From positions 64,001-128,000 of the IMG/VR virus record IMGVR_UViG_3300013102_000002: a stretch of 64,000 nucleotides of DNA. The stretch is one strand, 5' to 3'. Source of the DNA: a virus. Under the pieces are notes generated by a model. That model made no database searches, was not told the origin of the DNA, and saw only the letters and a program-made list of their open reading frames with translations. The translations under genes and the position numbers were made by a program. This document shows positions 21,685 to 31,884 of the stretch, piece after piece. Within the stretch, counting starts at the first letter, position 1. Every line of letters starts with the position of its first letter.

Positions 21685-21876
21685 ATGAATATGAAATTTG
21701 AACGTGGAGTACCATACGAAATCAAGTATAAAGGCGTAAAGAAATCAAAGGTTGGAACGTATCTCTGTACAAGCGATGGAGTTAACATATTTTTTGATAT
21801 AAGCGGTGAATTTGGTGTAAGTGATGAATTTATCAAGAATCGGCATGTTGATATTGAAGAAATAGCGGACATTTAG
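21685..21876 (+). CDS. Hypothetical protein
   Basis: GGAGG RBS, own promoter. Confidence 0.65.
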   Translation: MNMKFERGVPYEIKYKGVKKSKVGTYLCTSDGVNIFFDISGEFGVSDEFIKNRHVDIEEIADI

Positions 21877-22067
21877 TGAATTACTCATTTCATAAGGAGA
21901 TGTTAACAATGTTGAAAAATAAAAATCCTAAATTGTGGGCTTGCGCAAAAGAGATTTGCAGAATTAAGAATGAAGGAAAAACATTCAAAGATGTAAAGGA
22001 TTTAAGGAATTTCGTTAAAGAGAATAAATCTCTCTTGCCAGCAGTTGTTGATGGTTGGGCGGTCTAA
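21876..22067 (+). CDS. Hypothetical protein
   Basis: Small ORF ending at a junction palindrome. Confidence 0.55.
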   Translation: MNYSFHKEMLTMLKNKNPKLWACAKEICRIKNEGKTFKDVKDLRNFVKENKSLLPAVVDGWAV

Positions 22068-22095
22068 ATGAAAGAGTGATTTCGTTTAATAAACA

Positions 22096-22278
22096 TTGAA
22101 AGGGAGTATAAATATGAAGGATGAATTAATTATCACACTAAAAACAAACAATAGTTCTACAGACATTATGAATTTTGTAACTGCTGTAAATAAAACAAAT
22201 AGTCTGACTGCGCTAGTTTTACCAAAATTAGATGATAAAAATTATTTTGAGATTAGTGTCTATAAATTAAACACTTAA
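22096..22278 (+). CDS. Hypothetical protein
   Basis: GGGAG RBS; flanked by junction palindromes at 22068 and 22278. Confidence 0.6.
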   Translation: MKGSINMKDELIITLKTNNSSTDIMNFVTAVNKTNSLTALVLPKLDDKNYFEISVYKLNT

Positions 22279-22391
22279 TAAAACCCGTCTTTCATAGCCT
22301 ATATTCACAACACACAGTCACAATAGCCCATTACTTACGCGATTTATTCAGATGTGTTACTATGGCAAAAAGAGCTATAGGAGGCGTTAAA

Positions 22392-22646
22392 ATGGCTTAC
22401 ACAACGTGTAGAGATGAGTTGTTGAAGACGGTCAGAACGTTAGTGAAGGATAAGGGTAAAAATGAATTTACACCTATAGAAGTCATATCCCTGATGATTC
22501 AAAATGGGTCTAATTATAATGTGAGAACGATACGAACACATATTGTATCTAAGTGCTGCATTAACGCTAACCAGAATCATGCTGAAGTATTTAATGATTA
22601 TAGGAGATTGGAAAGAGGAAAGTATGAGTTGGTTAATTTTAAATAA
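22392..22646 (+). CDS. Small putative winged-helix protein
   Basis: GGAGG RBS; EFTPIEVISLM..RTIRTHI..LERGKYEL. Confidence 0.6.
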   Translation: MAYTTCRDELLKTVRTLVKDKGKNEFTPIEVISLMIQNGSNYNVRTIRTHIVSKCCINANQNHAEVFNDYRRLERGKYELVNFK

Positions 22647-22782
22647 AAAGTGAGTGCTTGGTGAGTAGATCACTGAGCACGTTTTTATTTAATTAATAAA
22701 TATATATTGACAATACAATTAGTGGAGTGTATTATTGTAGATAAGAAGAGGAAACACAATACATAGTGCGGAGGCGGTAAAG

Positions 22783-23013
22783 ATGATGAAAATTTCAGAG
22801 CTTATTGAAGTTTTACAAAAGATTGATCAAGATATGTATGTTGAGGTGGATACTCCGGTAAATCAAACATATCATATTCCTTATTCTTCTAGCAACGAGA
22901 TTTTTAAGGTTGAGGGGCTAGTGAAGAAGAGTATGGATAGATTTGTAATAAGCATTCGCTTCCCAGAAAATGTACAGGAATTAAACGCTCAAGTTAATTT
23001 AAGTAAAAAATAA
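22783..23013 (+). CDS. Hypothetical protein
   Basis: Own promoter, GGAGG RBS. Confidence 0.65.
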   Translation: MMKISELIEVLQKIDQDMYVEVDTPVNQTYHIPYSSSNEIFKVEGLVKKSMDRFVISIRFPENVQELNAQVNLSKK

Positions 23014-23065
23014 GTAACGAAGATTTGATCAAATTTTAAATTTATTAGATAATGGAGGAATTTAT

Positions 23066-23248
23066 GTGGATGTTAGTCAGAAAGTGCTTAACATTACTTT
23101 TAGTATCGCTGCCGCCTATGTAGTTATTCGAATGGCATTAGATTTTTCTACTGACAACTTCAATCACTTAGTGATTAGAGCCGGACAACTCGCTTTTATT
23201 GCTGCCGTTTATTATTACACTACTTACAGATTAAAGAAAGACGGATGA
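23066..23248 (+). CDS. Small two-TM membrane protein
   Basis: GGAGG RBS, two hydrophobic segments. Confidence 0.6.
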   Translation: MDVSQKVLNITFSIAAAYVVIRMALDFSTDNFNHLVIRAGQLAFIAAVYYYTTYRLKKDG

Positions 23249-23381
23249 TATGTTATCTTTGAATGAAATGTCAATTTCACATAAATCAAGGTATTCAAAA
23301 TGAAAATTTAGGTATTGACTTTGAATCACTAAATATGTTAAGATGTAAATATAAGAAAAGATATTAAAGGAGCGGGTTAAC

Positions 23382-23816
23382 ATGACAGAAGTAGTCGAAG
23401 TGGTTAAGGTAGATGGAAGAGGTAAAAACATTAAACATTTTGATCTTCTAGAAGTTAACACTGCTTATCTGGACTCATTCAGAAACAGTAAATATCCAGA
23501 GTGGAATACAAATAAAAAACAAAGTAGTTCTTGGGCGCAATATAAAGTAAGCTTTGGAAAGTTTCTTGAGTCTATTGATAAAGATGCCGTTACAATTGAT
23601 GAAGACGAATTGATGACCTTCATTGTATCATTTGAAAATGAAGAAGTTAAAAAGAATCGCACCGTACACGTTAGAACATTGCTGACACACATTTTAACAC
23701 ACAACATTGAAAACTGCCGTGATCATGCAAGCAAATTTGTATTAGTATTTACCGGAAGTGTTGCTGCTTGGTTGGTTGATGATAAAGAATTGTTAGCAAG
23801 AATTGAAAAAATGTAA
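23382..23816 (+). CDS. Stand-alone phage-integrase N-terminal (SAM-like/core-binding) domain protein
   Basis: SWAQYKVSFGKFLESIDKDAVTIDEDELMTFI..NRTVHVRTLLTHI helical pattern; no catalytic domain. Confidence 0.5.
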   Translation: MTEVVEVVKVDGRGKNIKHFDLLEVNTAYLDSFRNSKYPEWNTNKKQSSSWAQYKVSFGKFLESIDKDAVTIDEDELMTFIVSFENEEVKKNRTVHVRTLLTHILTHNIENCRDHASKFVLVFTGSVAAWLVDDKELLARIEKM

Positions 23817-23831
23817 TAAGGAAGTGGCATC

Positions 23832-24050
23832 ATGAATTTTGGACAATATATCAAGAATCTAATTGATGAGAGAGGTTACCGCATTCCCTGGGTAGCTGAT
23901 AAAGTTGGAATACATGAAAAAACATTACATGGAAAAATAAGAAGAGACAGCTTTAGTTATGATGAAATGATTGGGCTGGCGGTGTTCTTTAATATAGATT
24001 TGAATCAATTTAAGGAATATGAAGAGTTTCAAAAATACAAAAACAATTGA
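23832..24050 (+). CDS. XRE-family HTH regulator
   Basis: FGQYIKNLIDERGYRIPWVADKVGIHEKTL. Confidence 0.8.
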   Translation: MNFGQYIKNLIDERGYRIPWVADKVGIHEKTLHGKIRRDSFSYDEMIGLAVFFNIDLNQFKEYEEFQKYKNN

Positions 24051-24064
24051 TGGAGGTTTTATAA

Positions 24065-25084
24065 ATGATTAAAAAAGCTAACATCCAATGGAGTGCGAAA
24101 CAACTCACAAAGTCAATTCAAAAAGGCAACATTAAATTTGATAATGCTGTGCAACGTGGTTATGTATGGGATCAAGATAGAAAGTCTCTGCTTATTCATT
24201 CTCTTATCGAAGGATACCCTGTACCAGCGTTCTACGCTGTCAAAGATGAGAATAGTCAATATAGCATGCTCGATGGCAAGCAACGCTCTGAGGCCATTAG
24301 CGGCTTTCTAAATGGAGAATATGAACTAACCAATGTCCCAGAAATTAATATTGGCGATGAAGGCGAAACGCTGAATATTAACGGTCTAAGATTTTCCAAT
24401 TTACCAGAAGATGCAAGAGATGAAATAGAAAGTTATTCACTAACTGTTTATTATTTTGATAGTCAGATTACGGACGATGAAATAAATGAATTGTTCTTCA
24501 GATTAAATAACGGTAAGCCATTAACAAGTATTGAACTTAGCAGAGTTAAGGCTAAATCAATTGAAACTATCCAGGAGATCGGCAAACATGAACTTTTCAA
24601 AGCAACACTAACAGAAAAGGCCATTAACAAATATACAAATGAAGAAATTGTTATTAAATCATGGGCGATGCTGAACGTTGAACAACCTTCATTTGAAACT
24701 AAGTCAATCCGTCCTCTGATTGAAACAGCAGATATTACGCCGGAACAGACAGAAGAAATTAAAATTGCCTATGATCGAATCCTAGAGACATATAACTCAA
24801 TCAAGCAGATTGATGATAAAGAGCATAATAAAATTGCAAAACGAATCATCACACGCACACACTTGATTGCACTGGTTCTAGTAGCCGCTAAATCCGTTAG
24901 TGATGGAGTTGGGATTTCCGATTTTACAAAATGGGCAACGTCATTTTTTAGTGGAAAGAATTCTGCAAGTGTGAGCGATATTTATAATAGTGCAATTGGC
25001 TCTGGATCTGCAAAACCGGAAAACATCAAGAAAAGAAATGATTCGATTATGGAAAGTTACAATGAACAATTCTCAAACCAATAA
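24065..25084 (+). CDS. DUF262 (ParB/Srx-fold, GmrSD N-terminal-like) protein
   Basis: VQRGYVW, LIHSLIEGYPVP, LDGKQR, FFRLNNGKPL. Confidence 0.85.
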   Translation: MIKKANIQWSAKQLTKSIQKGNIKFDNAVQRGYVWDQDRKSLLIHSLIEGYPVPAFYAVKDENSQYSMLDGKQRSEAISGFLNGEYELTNVPEINIGDEGETLNINGLRFSNLPEDARDEIESYSLTVYYFDSQITDDEINELFFRLNNGKPLTSIELSRVKAKSIETIQEIGKHELFKATLTEKAINKYTNEEIVIKSWAMLNVEQPSFETKSIRPLIETADITPEQTEEIKIAYDRILETYNSIKQIDDKEHNKIAKRIITRTHLIALVLVAAKSVSDGVGISDFTKWATSFFSGKNSASVSDIYNSAIGSGSAKPENIKKRNDSIMESYNEQFSNQ

Positions 25085-25513
25085 CCACACCTGTACTTAC
25101 TGCAACAAGCCCGTCACACAAGCAGCATACGCTTACTGTCTGTCTAATGGGCTTCCTGTGGCTTGCTACAGGTGTCAATATGATAAGGGTATAAGTAAAT
25201 ATAGTGTACACCAGAGAATGCGACAGAAGGTCGATGAGGAGGGTTTGACAATGAATTTAGATGATGAGGAGGAATAAAGAATGAATATGTTAAAAGGAAT
25301 AATGATGGACTTTTGGTCTAATAACTGGACTCTGGTTGCTGCTATTGTGGTATGGGGATTATGGATTGTTAAAGTTGTGGAGTGTGTAACTGATTAGTTT
25401 AAAGAATAAATATATATTGAATAATATATATGCGTGTGGTATGATTGCATCAAGAAATACATAGGACGAATACTGATCAAACAGTTACTTTATCAAATTT
25501 AAGGAGGTCATCT

Positions 25514-25672
25514 ATGAATGATTATCTGGTAGTGTTCTATAATCGGTTTGCATGTCAGACTCAGACGATAAAAATTAGAGCAAAAAATAAGTTTCGAGCT
25601 GGACGAGAATTTTATAAACAATACGATAAAAAACAGTAATATGAAACAATTGAGGCTATTACTAAGTGCTGA
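25514..25672 (+). pseudogene. Small ORF with internal TAA, bracketed by two junction palindromes
   Basis: AAGGAGG RBS; MNDY..KKQ*YETIEAITKC*; second stop abuts palindrome 25672. Confidence 0.45.
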
Positions 25673-25715
25673 TGAAAGTCTGAGTTTATCAAAAATATAA
25701 AGGACGGTAGATAAA

Positions 25716-26048
25716 ATGAAAATTAATGAAGAATTACTAAAAGAAAAAGGATATAACGCTTATACTGCTGGATTCCGAATCGACAACCCGGCCTATGTGC
25801 AATCATGGCAAAAAACGTTTTATGATACAAATAATAAATATTATATTGATATCGATCAATTTGATTTTGCTAAAGTTCCACAATATAAAATCCCCTATGA
25901 TAAAGCGTTTGGTGCTCATGCTCAATTTATCACTGAAGAAGACGAAACATTTAATATTGAATATTTTATTGAGAAAGATACTGAGTTGATTGACATAGAA
26001 CTATTTTTCAAAAAAGTATACGAAAAGATGGATTGTAAATCTGAGTGA
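25716..26048 (+). CDS. Hypothetical protein
   Basis: 110-aa ORF with RBS. Confidence 0.7.
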   Translation: MKINEELLKEKGYNAYTAGFRIDNPAYVQSWQKTFYDTNNKYYIDIDQFDFAKVPQYKIPYDKAFGAHAQFITEEDETFNIEYFIEKDTELIDIELFFKKVYEKMDCKSE

Positions 26049-26352
26049 TGAATATATAAAAGGAGGTACTAGTGTTATGCAAACAGCAATACGTTGTCGA
26101 GATGATCAAGGAAATATTATCATGAGTATGCGCGAAGAAAAAATCAAAACTTTGCCCGATATAATTGCAGATATTGAAAAAGCAATAATTATTGTAGGAG
26201 TAATCTTTATAGCTGTTGTAACTGCTGTAGCGGTACTATTATAAATAAAAATACAAATACATATCACAATTATGGGAATACACATCAAGAAAATAGCCGA
26301 TGTGTATTTTTCTTTGTGGTAAAACAAATCAAAAGGAGCTGCAAGCCTCTAT

Positions 26353-26535
26353 ATGTCATCATATGACCGTTATCTAATTGAAGCAGAACATTCGTCGCAT
26401 CCATTTGAAACTGGCCTTATATCGTCTTTTACGGTGGCTAACAAGGTGTATAAACGTTGGCAAAGTGATCCGTGGGTTAGTAATGTACGATTGATGAAAT
26501 GCACTAACCAGGGGAGAGTACATATAGAAATATAG
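26353..26535 (+). CDS. Hypothetical protein
   Basis: AAGGAG RBS. Confidence 0.55.
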   Translation: MSSYDRYLIEAEHSSHPFETGLISSFTVANKVYKRWQSDPWVSNVRLMKCTNQGRVHIEI

Positions 26536-26839
26536 AAATAATGAATAGATTTAATAAATAAATATATATTGACTGTTGTTGTTTTGCGTGATAAGATAAT
26601 TACAGATAATAAACATACATACATGAGGTGAAATGGATTAATGTACGAAGTAAAAATCATTGAAAAGATATTTGGAAAGTTAGCAGTAAACGTGTACAGC
26701 TTTGAAAAAGAAGGAGATATGGAACTGTTCATTGAAATGTGTAAGGATGATAGGGGGATTATTTTGATCCATAAAGCGAGAGCTGCTTAAAGAAAAGCTG
26801 ACGAAATTATGTTTTTATCAAAAAGGAGAGAGGTAAACA

Positions 26840-27184
26840 ATGCAAGTTGGAGATAAAGTTTTCTTGAAAGCAGTAAACAATAATGCGCGAGGTCGTAAAG
26901 AAGTACTGATTAAAGAATATGAAATTGTTAAGATCGGAAGAAAATTCTTTGAGGTTAATAATAACCCCAATTACAAACCATTAAAATTTTTAATTGAGAA
27001 TAAGAAGCAGGAAATGGGCGGCTATGTTCCAGACTGGGAATTGTACTTTTCTGAACAAGAAATTTTAGATGAAATAGAATTCAATAGATTATTCGGGAAA
27101 ATCGAAAGCAGATTTAATGTATATGGGAAAGTGAATTTAACTTTAGACCAACTTAGACGAATTATAAAGATTATTGAAGAGTAA
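26840..27184 (+). CDS. Hypothetical protein (SH3-like beta barrel)
   Basis: MQVGDKVFLK..IVKIGRKFFEV; palindromes on both sides. Confidence 0.7.
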   Translation: MQVGDKVFLKAVNNNARGRKEVLIKEYEIVKIGRKFFEVNNNPNYKPLKFLIENKKQEMGGYVPDWELYFSEQEILDEIEFNRLFGKIESRFNVYGKVNLTLDQLRRIIKIIEE

Positions 27185-27215
27185 ACGAAACTATATTTTC
27201 ATGTGAAAAAGGAGA

Positions 27216-27404
27216 ATGAGAGTGAAGAAGATTATCGAATATACTAACGTTACCTATCATTATGATACAAGAGAAGAAAGAGATAAGCACGTTGTTGAAA
27301 TGGAGTCTGAAGGTTGGGAGTGTAGCGGACAGATTAGGGAAACTCCATCACTTCATTCATCGGAATCTGTGTGGTGCGGTAAATTCACAAAATACAATGT
27401 TTGA
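27216..27404 (+). CDS. Hypothetical protein
   Basis: AAGGAG RBS; palindromes on both sides. Confidence 0.65.
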   Translation: MRVKKIIEYTNVTYHYDTREERDKHVVEMESEGWECSGQIRETPSLHSSESVWCGKFTKYNV

Positions 27405-27437
27405 GTAAAATGATCCTTTCAAAAGGAGTTAAATAGT

Positions 27438-27629
27438 ATGAATCCCAAAAACATGATCGGCAAAAAAGTATCAATCATCAACAAAGAATCTCAATACATA
27501 GGACATTGGGGATTTATAAAACAATGGGATGGAAGATGGTTTCATATTGGAGGAGGTTCCATATCAAGAGATTATGGTGGGATTACACCAGTATTTGAAA
27601 GAGATGAATTTAAAATCATGAGTAAATGA
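27438..27629 (+). CDS. Small SH3/KOW-like protein, paralog of 21134..21331
   Basis: Clear sequence similarity to the 21134 ORF. Confidence 0.75.
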   Translation: MNPKNMIGKKVSIINKESQYIGHWGFIKQWDGRWFHIGGGSISRDYGGITPVFERDEFKIMSK

Positions 27630-27658
27630 ATATTATAACAAAAAAAGGAGATTGGAAG

Positions 27659-27823
27659 ATGAGTCGAATTAAAGGTTTTACCTTAACCTGCAATGAGTGC
27701 GGAAACACCGTTGTACTGCAAGACAAATTCGATAGATGTACTGAGAACATCTTCATTAATACGTGGATGTCTTGCGATATTAAATGTGAAAACTGTGAAA
27801 ATCAAGTTGAAGAAAAAGCATGA
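27659..27823 (+). CDS. Small Zn-ribbon protein
   Basis: CNEC..CENC; AAGGAG RBS. Confidence 0.65.
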   Translation: MSRIKGFTLTCNECGNTVVLQDKFDRCTENIFINTWMSCDIKCENCENQVEEKA

Positions 27824-27852
27824 GTTTATAAATAGATTATTTTATAAGGAGG

Positions 27853-28047
27853 TTGATTTATAAGATGTACCAACACAAAGTTACTTATATTGAAGGAGAC
27901 TATGAGGATAAGCTGTATGTTGGAGGTAAATATTGTGGTCGCGTGGATACATTTTCACCGTCAGAGATGCTTTGTTTGCTCGCAAGAGAAGGATTAATTG
28001 AGTTGCAAATTAAAACTGTGGAAGAAATCGATTTGTTGAATAGATGA
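27853..28047 (+). CDS. Hypothetical protein
   Basis: AAGGAGG RBS (true start may be slightly downstream); palindromes on both sides. Confidence 0.6.
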   Translation: MIYKMYQHKVTYIEGDYEDKLYVGGKYCGRVDTFSPSEMLCLLAREGLIELQIKTVEEIDLLNR

Positions 28048-28088
28048 TAAAAGGATTCTTTTATTAAAATAAAAATAAAAGGGAGTGT

Positions 28089-28460
28089 ATGAAATTTATG
28101 ACTAAATGGATTGGCAATGAAGTCAATACGAGTGGAAGTTATTACGAGGCAGGTTGTGAAGAACTAAAGAAGAGAAATGGCGGTACAAATAATGGAGGAA
28201 CTTTGTATGAGTTCAGTAGCAGATTTGACGAGAACTATTATATAAGCGATATCGATGTAATTGAAAAAATTGAAACATTGATTGATAAAAAAGAACCTTC
28301 AGAATTGATTGATTACTTATATAAATTGACCATTGATAAATTCGGCGCTGTTGATCTTTTAGTGAGAATCGGACATAAGATAGCACGACAGCGAGATGAA
28401 GGTTATAAAGCAGGTAAAGAAGCGGCTAGAAGCACCATGCGTGAAGCGCTTGGGTTATGA
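28089..28460 (+). CDS. Hypothetical protein
   Basis: GGGAG RBS; stop codon lies inside palindrome 28457. Confidence 0.7.
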   Translation: MKFMTKWIGNEVNTSGSYYEAGCEELKKRNGGTNNGGTLYEFSSRFDENYYISDIDVIEKIETLIDKKEPSELIDYLYKLTIDKFGAVDLLVRIGHKIARQRDEGYKAGKEAARSTMREALGL

Positions 28461-28491
28461 AAGAAGTATTTCACAAGGAGACATTAGCATA

Positions 28492-28695
28492 ATGGATGAA
28501 AAAGTATATGTAGAGTTTGCCGAAGATTGCGGGAATTATGACAACGTTATCTATAATCTGAGAATTAAGAAGTGCGATTTACCACATATTGGTGACACTA
28601 TTGAGTTCTATCCAGAAATCAATGGCCGTAAAGTTGTCGATAGAAAAATTACATACTCTAAAGGTGAAATTGATAAAATCAGAATTTATCTATAG
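28492..28695 (+). CDS. Hypothetical protein
   Basis: AAGGAG RBS; palindromes on both sides. Confidence 0.6.
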   Translation: MDEKVYVEFAEDCGNYDNVIYNLRIKKCDLPHIGDTIEFYPEINGRKVVDRKITYSKGEIDKIRIYL

Positions 28696-28732
28696 GGCTA
28701 ATGCAATAAGTCTTTTACAAGGAGTTGATTTA

Positions 28733-28930
28733 ATGACAGAAACAGAAGCAATTATGAGAAGAAAAGCTAGGAGAATTAAAAGAGCAAGTGAAATGGTCGA
28801 ATGGCTTCGTTATGATATTGAACGTACAGCAGTAAGTGAAGTTGAAAAACAAGGGTTATTAAATACAATCACTTTATTGAATAAAATTTTAAAGAATGAT
28901 GATAAAGAAGATTCCATATGGAATAGGTGA
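28733..28930 (+). CDS. Hypothetical protein
   Basis: AAGGAG RBS; palindromes on both sides. Confidence 0.6.
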   Translation: MTETEAIMRRKARRIKRASEMVEWLRYDIERTAVSEVEKQGLLNTITLLNKILKNDDKEDSIWNR

Positions 28931-28981
28931 TGAAAGAGAAAGTTTATCAAGAATTTATTATAAAAAATAAATATACAAAGG

Positions 28982-29164
28982 ATGATACATATGAATACAT
29001 GGGATTTCATTGTTAACAATCAAGTTGTTGAAACCATTGACCAACAACAAAACAAGGAATCATTTTATTGGATTGTATTAGACAAGGTGTATTCACTCAC
29101 ACAGCACTATGGGGCTTCTGTGACCGTCTATAACCGTTACGGGAGTGAATACAGTTATGTATAA
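28982..29164 (+). CDS. Hypothetical protein
   Basis: AAGGA RBS. Confidence 0.6.
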   Translation: MIHMNTWDFIVNNQVVETIDQQQNKESFYWIVLDKVYSLTQHYGASVTVYNRYGSEYSYV

Positions 29165-29657
29165 GAATGGACGAGTAAAGGACGGAAAGTGTGTTGTGGT
29201 GACTGTGGAAGGTGCGGAAATTGGTTTACTTGATGCTGCTAAAAAATATAGTCAAAATATTAAATAGCTGATGTGGCGGACATTATAAAATGTTCGCCAT
29301 TTTTTATTTAATAAGTAAATATATATTGAATAATGACTATGTATATGGTAAAATGAAGGAGACAAGAAGGATGTTATACATATGAAGGAGAATAGAATAT
29401 TGAGCGCTGATAATGCTAAAATGAGATCAATGATTGCTTTACAAATCCGGGATCTGGAAGCATTGAAGGATTCTGCCGTTGCCAAGTCATCACCTCAACG
29501 GTTAATGATGGTTGAGGCTGAGATTAAGGGATTGCATGTTAGAATGGAAAAGTATGCTTGATTTATGTTTTCGTAAAAGGTTGGTTTTATCAAGATATTT
29601 GGTTTAAAAAAGCCAATAAAATCAAGGGTTTTTAAAATGACAAGGAGGAGTAAAAAA

Positions 29658-30194
29658 ATGAAATGGAGCGATATACCGCAACTTATTCAAAGTAGTGGAT
29701 GGGAATGTGATTATTCTTTTCCTTCTTTTGTTCGGTTCATTGAGGAGAACGAACAAGATTTTGGGCTGCAAATGAATCCTGATTTTCAACGTGGTCATGT
29801 CTGGAGTGAAGAACAGCAAGTATCTTACATAGAGTTTTTACTGCATGGCGGTAAAACAGCTAGAGTAATTTATTTGAATAATAATCATTGGCAGAAGACG
29901 AAACCCCAAGGGGAACAATATTTTGTTTGTGTTGATGGACTGCAAAGGGCAACTGCGATCAGAAGATTTGTAAACAATGAAATTAAAGCAATAGATCATT
30001 ATTATAGTGAATTCGAAGGAAGCCCAAGAATTATGCAAGGAATCAAAGTGAATGTGAATGATCTTCAAACTAGAGCCGAGGTTTTACAATGGTATATTGA
30101 ATTTAACTCAGGTGGTACGGTACATACAAAAGAAGAAATAGAGCGTGTTCGTGAATTGCTAATAAAAGAAACTAAGTACAATGATCTACTTTAA
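29658..30194 (+). CDS. Minimal DUF262 (ParB/Srx-fold) protein
   Basis: NPDFQRGHVW, VDGLQR, EFNSGGT. Confidence 0.85.
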   Translation: MKWSDIPQLIQSSGWECDYSFPSFVRFIEENEQDFGLQMNPDFQRGHVWSEEQQVSYIEFLLHGGKTARVIYLNNNHWQKTKPQGEQYFVCVDGLQRATAIRRFVNNEIKAIDHYYSEFEGSPRIMQGIKVNVNDLQTRAEVLQWYIEFNSGGTVHTKEEIERVRELLIKETKYNDLL

Positions 30195-30209
30195 AGGAGA
30201 GTACGAACG

Positions 30210-30437
30210 ATGCTTGTATTTTTTCTAATTTACTCCTATGTCACTGTAATGCTCTGTAAATATCTATATAGAGGGATAATGTCATATCATAGTGAAAGCA
30301 ATTTTATCTTGGCGCTTAAAGAAATGAGTGAGCGAAAATACTTGAGAATCGTATTTTCGGTGATTGGATTTTGTTTAACCGCTGGATGTCTAGTTTTTCT
30401 GCTTTGGTTGGCAGAAATTACAGATAATGCGTTTTGA
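30210..30437 (+). CDS. Small membrane protein
   Basis: Two hydrophobic segments, AAGGAG RBS. Confidence 0.6.
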   Translation: MLVFFLIYSYVTVMLCKYLYRGIMSYHSESNFILALKEMSERKYLRIVFSVIGFCLTAGCLVFLLWLAEITDNAF

Positions 30438-30503
30438 CATCTGATCAAAGGAATGTTTTATCGGATTACACATTAGACACATATAGTAAAGGAGAAAAGT
30501 AAA

Positions 30504-30707
30504 ATGACCTTTAAAATCCTTAAAGAACATAAGTATTTTCTTAGTATTGGAGCGAAACGTCCAGAAGGATTTACTGGAATCATGACATCCAGTGAGCATA
30601 TAGCAACATACAAAGGAAAAAATGAAGATGGAACTTTCATCTTTGATGAAAATGGTTCTGAGTTGTTGGTATGTCCAAGCGATATCAGAGGGATATCAAA
30701 TTTCTAA
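30504..30707 (+). CDS. Hypothetical protein
   Basis: AAGGAG RBS. Confidence 0.6.
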   Translation: MTFKILKEHKYFLSIGAKRPEGFTGIMTSSEHIATYKGKNEDGTFIFDENGSELLVCPSDIRGISNF

Positions 30708-30945
30708 GACTGCTGAACAGTCGAAGATATAACGACATATGAAAGGAATGGAGGGTCCTAAAATGCACAGCAATGTGAATGGTGTTAATGGATATCAAAT
30801 TCATCATTGGACGCTATTACATAACAGATAAAAAAGACAACGGTGTGTGGCTCTGCGAGGATAAGGATAGAAGTATTGTAGAGGAATATGCAAAAACATT
30901 GGAGTAGAATGAAAGGCATCTTTTATCAAGAAAGGAGGGTGAATA

Positions 30946-31167
30946 GTGAATCATAATACCGGATCAGTACTTAATGGCGATTATGTTAGGCTAGGAGACG
31001 TTTTAATGGGCGACAACATGATTAAAGCTGTTGTCCTATGGGATGATGTTAATAGAGCATATGGGGTTGAAATTGGACAACAGAGAGACACATGGTGTGA
31101 ACTTGAGCCATATCTGATTAAAGATGAAAGTCTAAAAGTTGTTGGCAATATTCTTAATAGAAATTGA
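30946..31167 (+). CDS. YopX-like C-terminal fragment
   Basis: LNGDYVRLGDVL..LKVVGNI. Confidence 0.55.
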   Translation: MNHNTGSVLNGDYVRLGDVLMGDNMIKAVVLWDDVNRAYGVEIGQQRDTWCELEPYLIKDESLKVVGNILNRN

Positions 31168-31234
31168 CTACTAAGAGGACATTCTAAGAGAGTGAAATGA
31201 AAGCTCCATGCAGAAAGTATAGGAGGGATTTAAT

Positions 31235-31432
31235 ATGAGAGTCGAATATGTTAAAGATCGTTTCGATGATGAATTTACTCTTAATAAAAAATACGACTTT
31301 GATGTTAAATCGTATGGTATTGAGATTGTTGATGACCTGAACAATAAACATGTAATAGCCACGAGAAACAATGAGTTCAATAGTTATGAAGAAGACGATT
31401 TTTTTAGGCACAGATTCGAATTTTGTGATTAA
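31235..31432 (+). CDS. Hypothetical protein
   Basis: GGAGG RBS. Confidence 0.65.
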   Translation: MRVEYVKDRFDDEFTLNKKYDFDVKSYGIEIVDDLNNKHVIATRNNEFNSYEEDDFFRHRFEFCD

Positions 31433-31884
31433 GATAAAATGTAGTTTTGATCAAAAGATATACATACATTGAGAGAGAAAGGAAGAAGATAAATGATTGA
31501 GTTAAACAATCTTAATGTAACTAATATCGTTTATGATGAGGACTATGTTCTCATCATAAAAGGTAAAGAAATTGTACAAATTAGTCGAGTTTTATTGTCG
31601 CGAATCAATGTGATGTTATCAGATGAAAAGGAATAAATATTTCTTATGTTACGAAGTCACAGAACCAGAAAGAGAGTTATGAATAAATGCATCAGAAAAA
31701 AGTATGGAGCCTTGACATGAAGTACGAAGATACAAAGGGAGGATATAAGCGTGGACAGTAGACTTTGTGTTTGCAGAGAGTGTCAAAAGGCATTTCGGAG
31801 CACGTACAACGGCTATCTGTGCAGAAATTGCAGGTTGTCTAAAAGAGGACCTTTACCAAAATGATATTTAGAGGAGGATATTAA

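Noticed and set aside
24065-25084. Complete GmrSD type IV restriction enzyme
   Set aside because: Only DUF262 is present; no DUF1524/HNH domain or adjacent partner is visible
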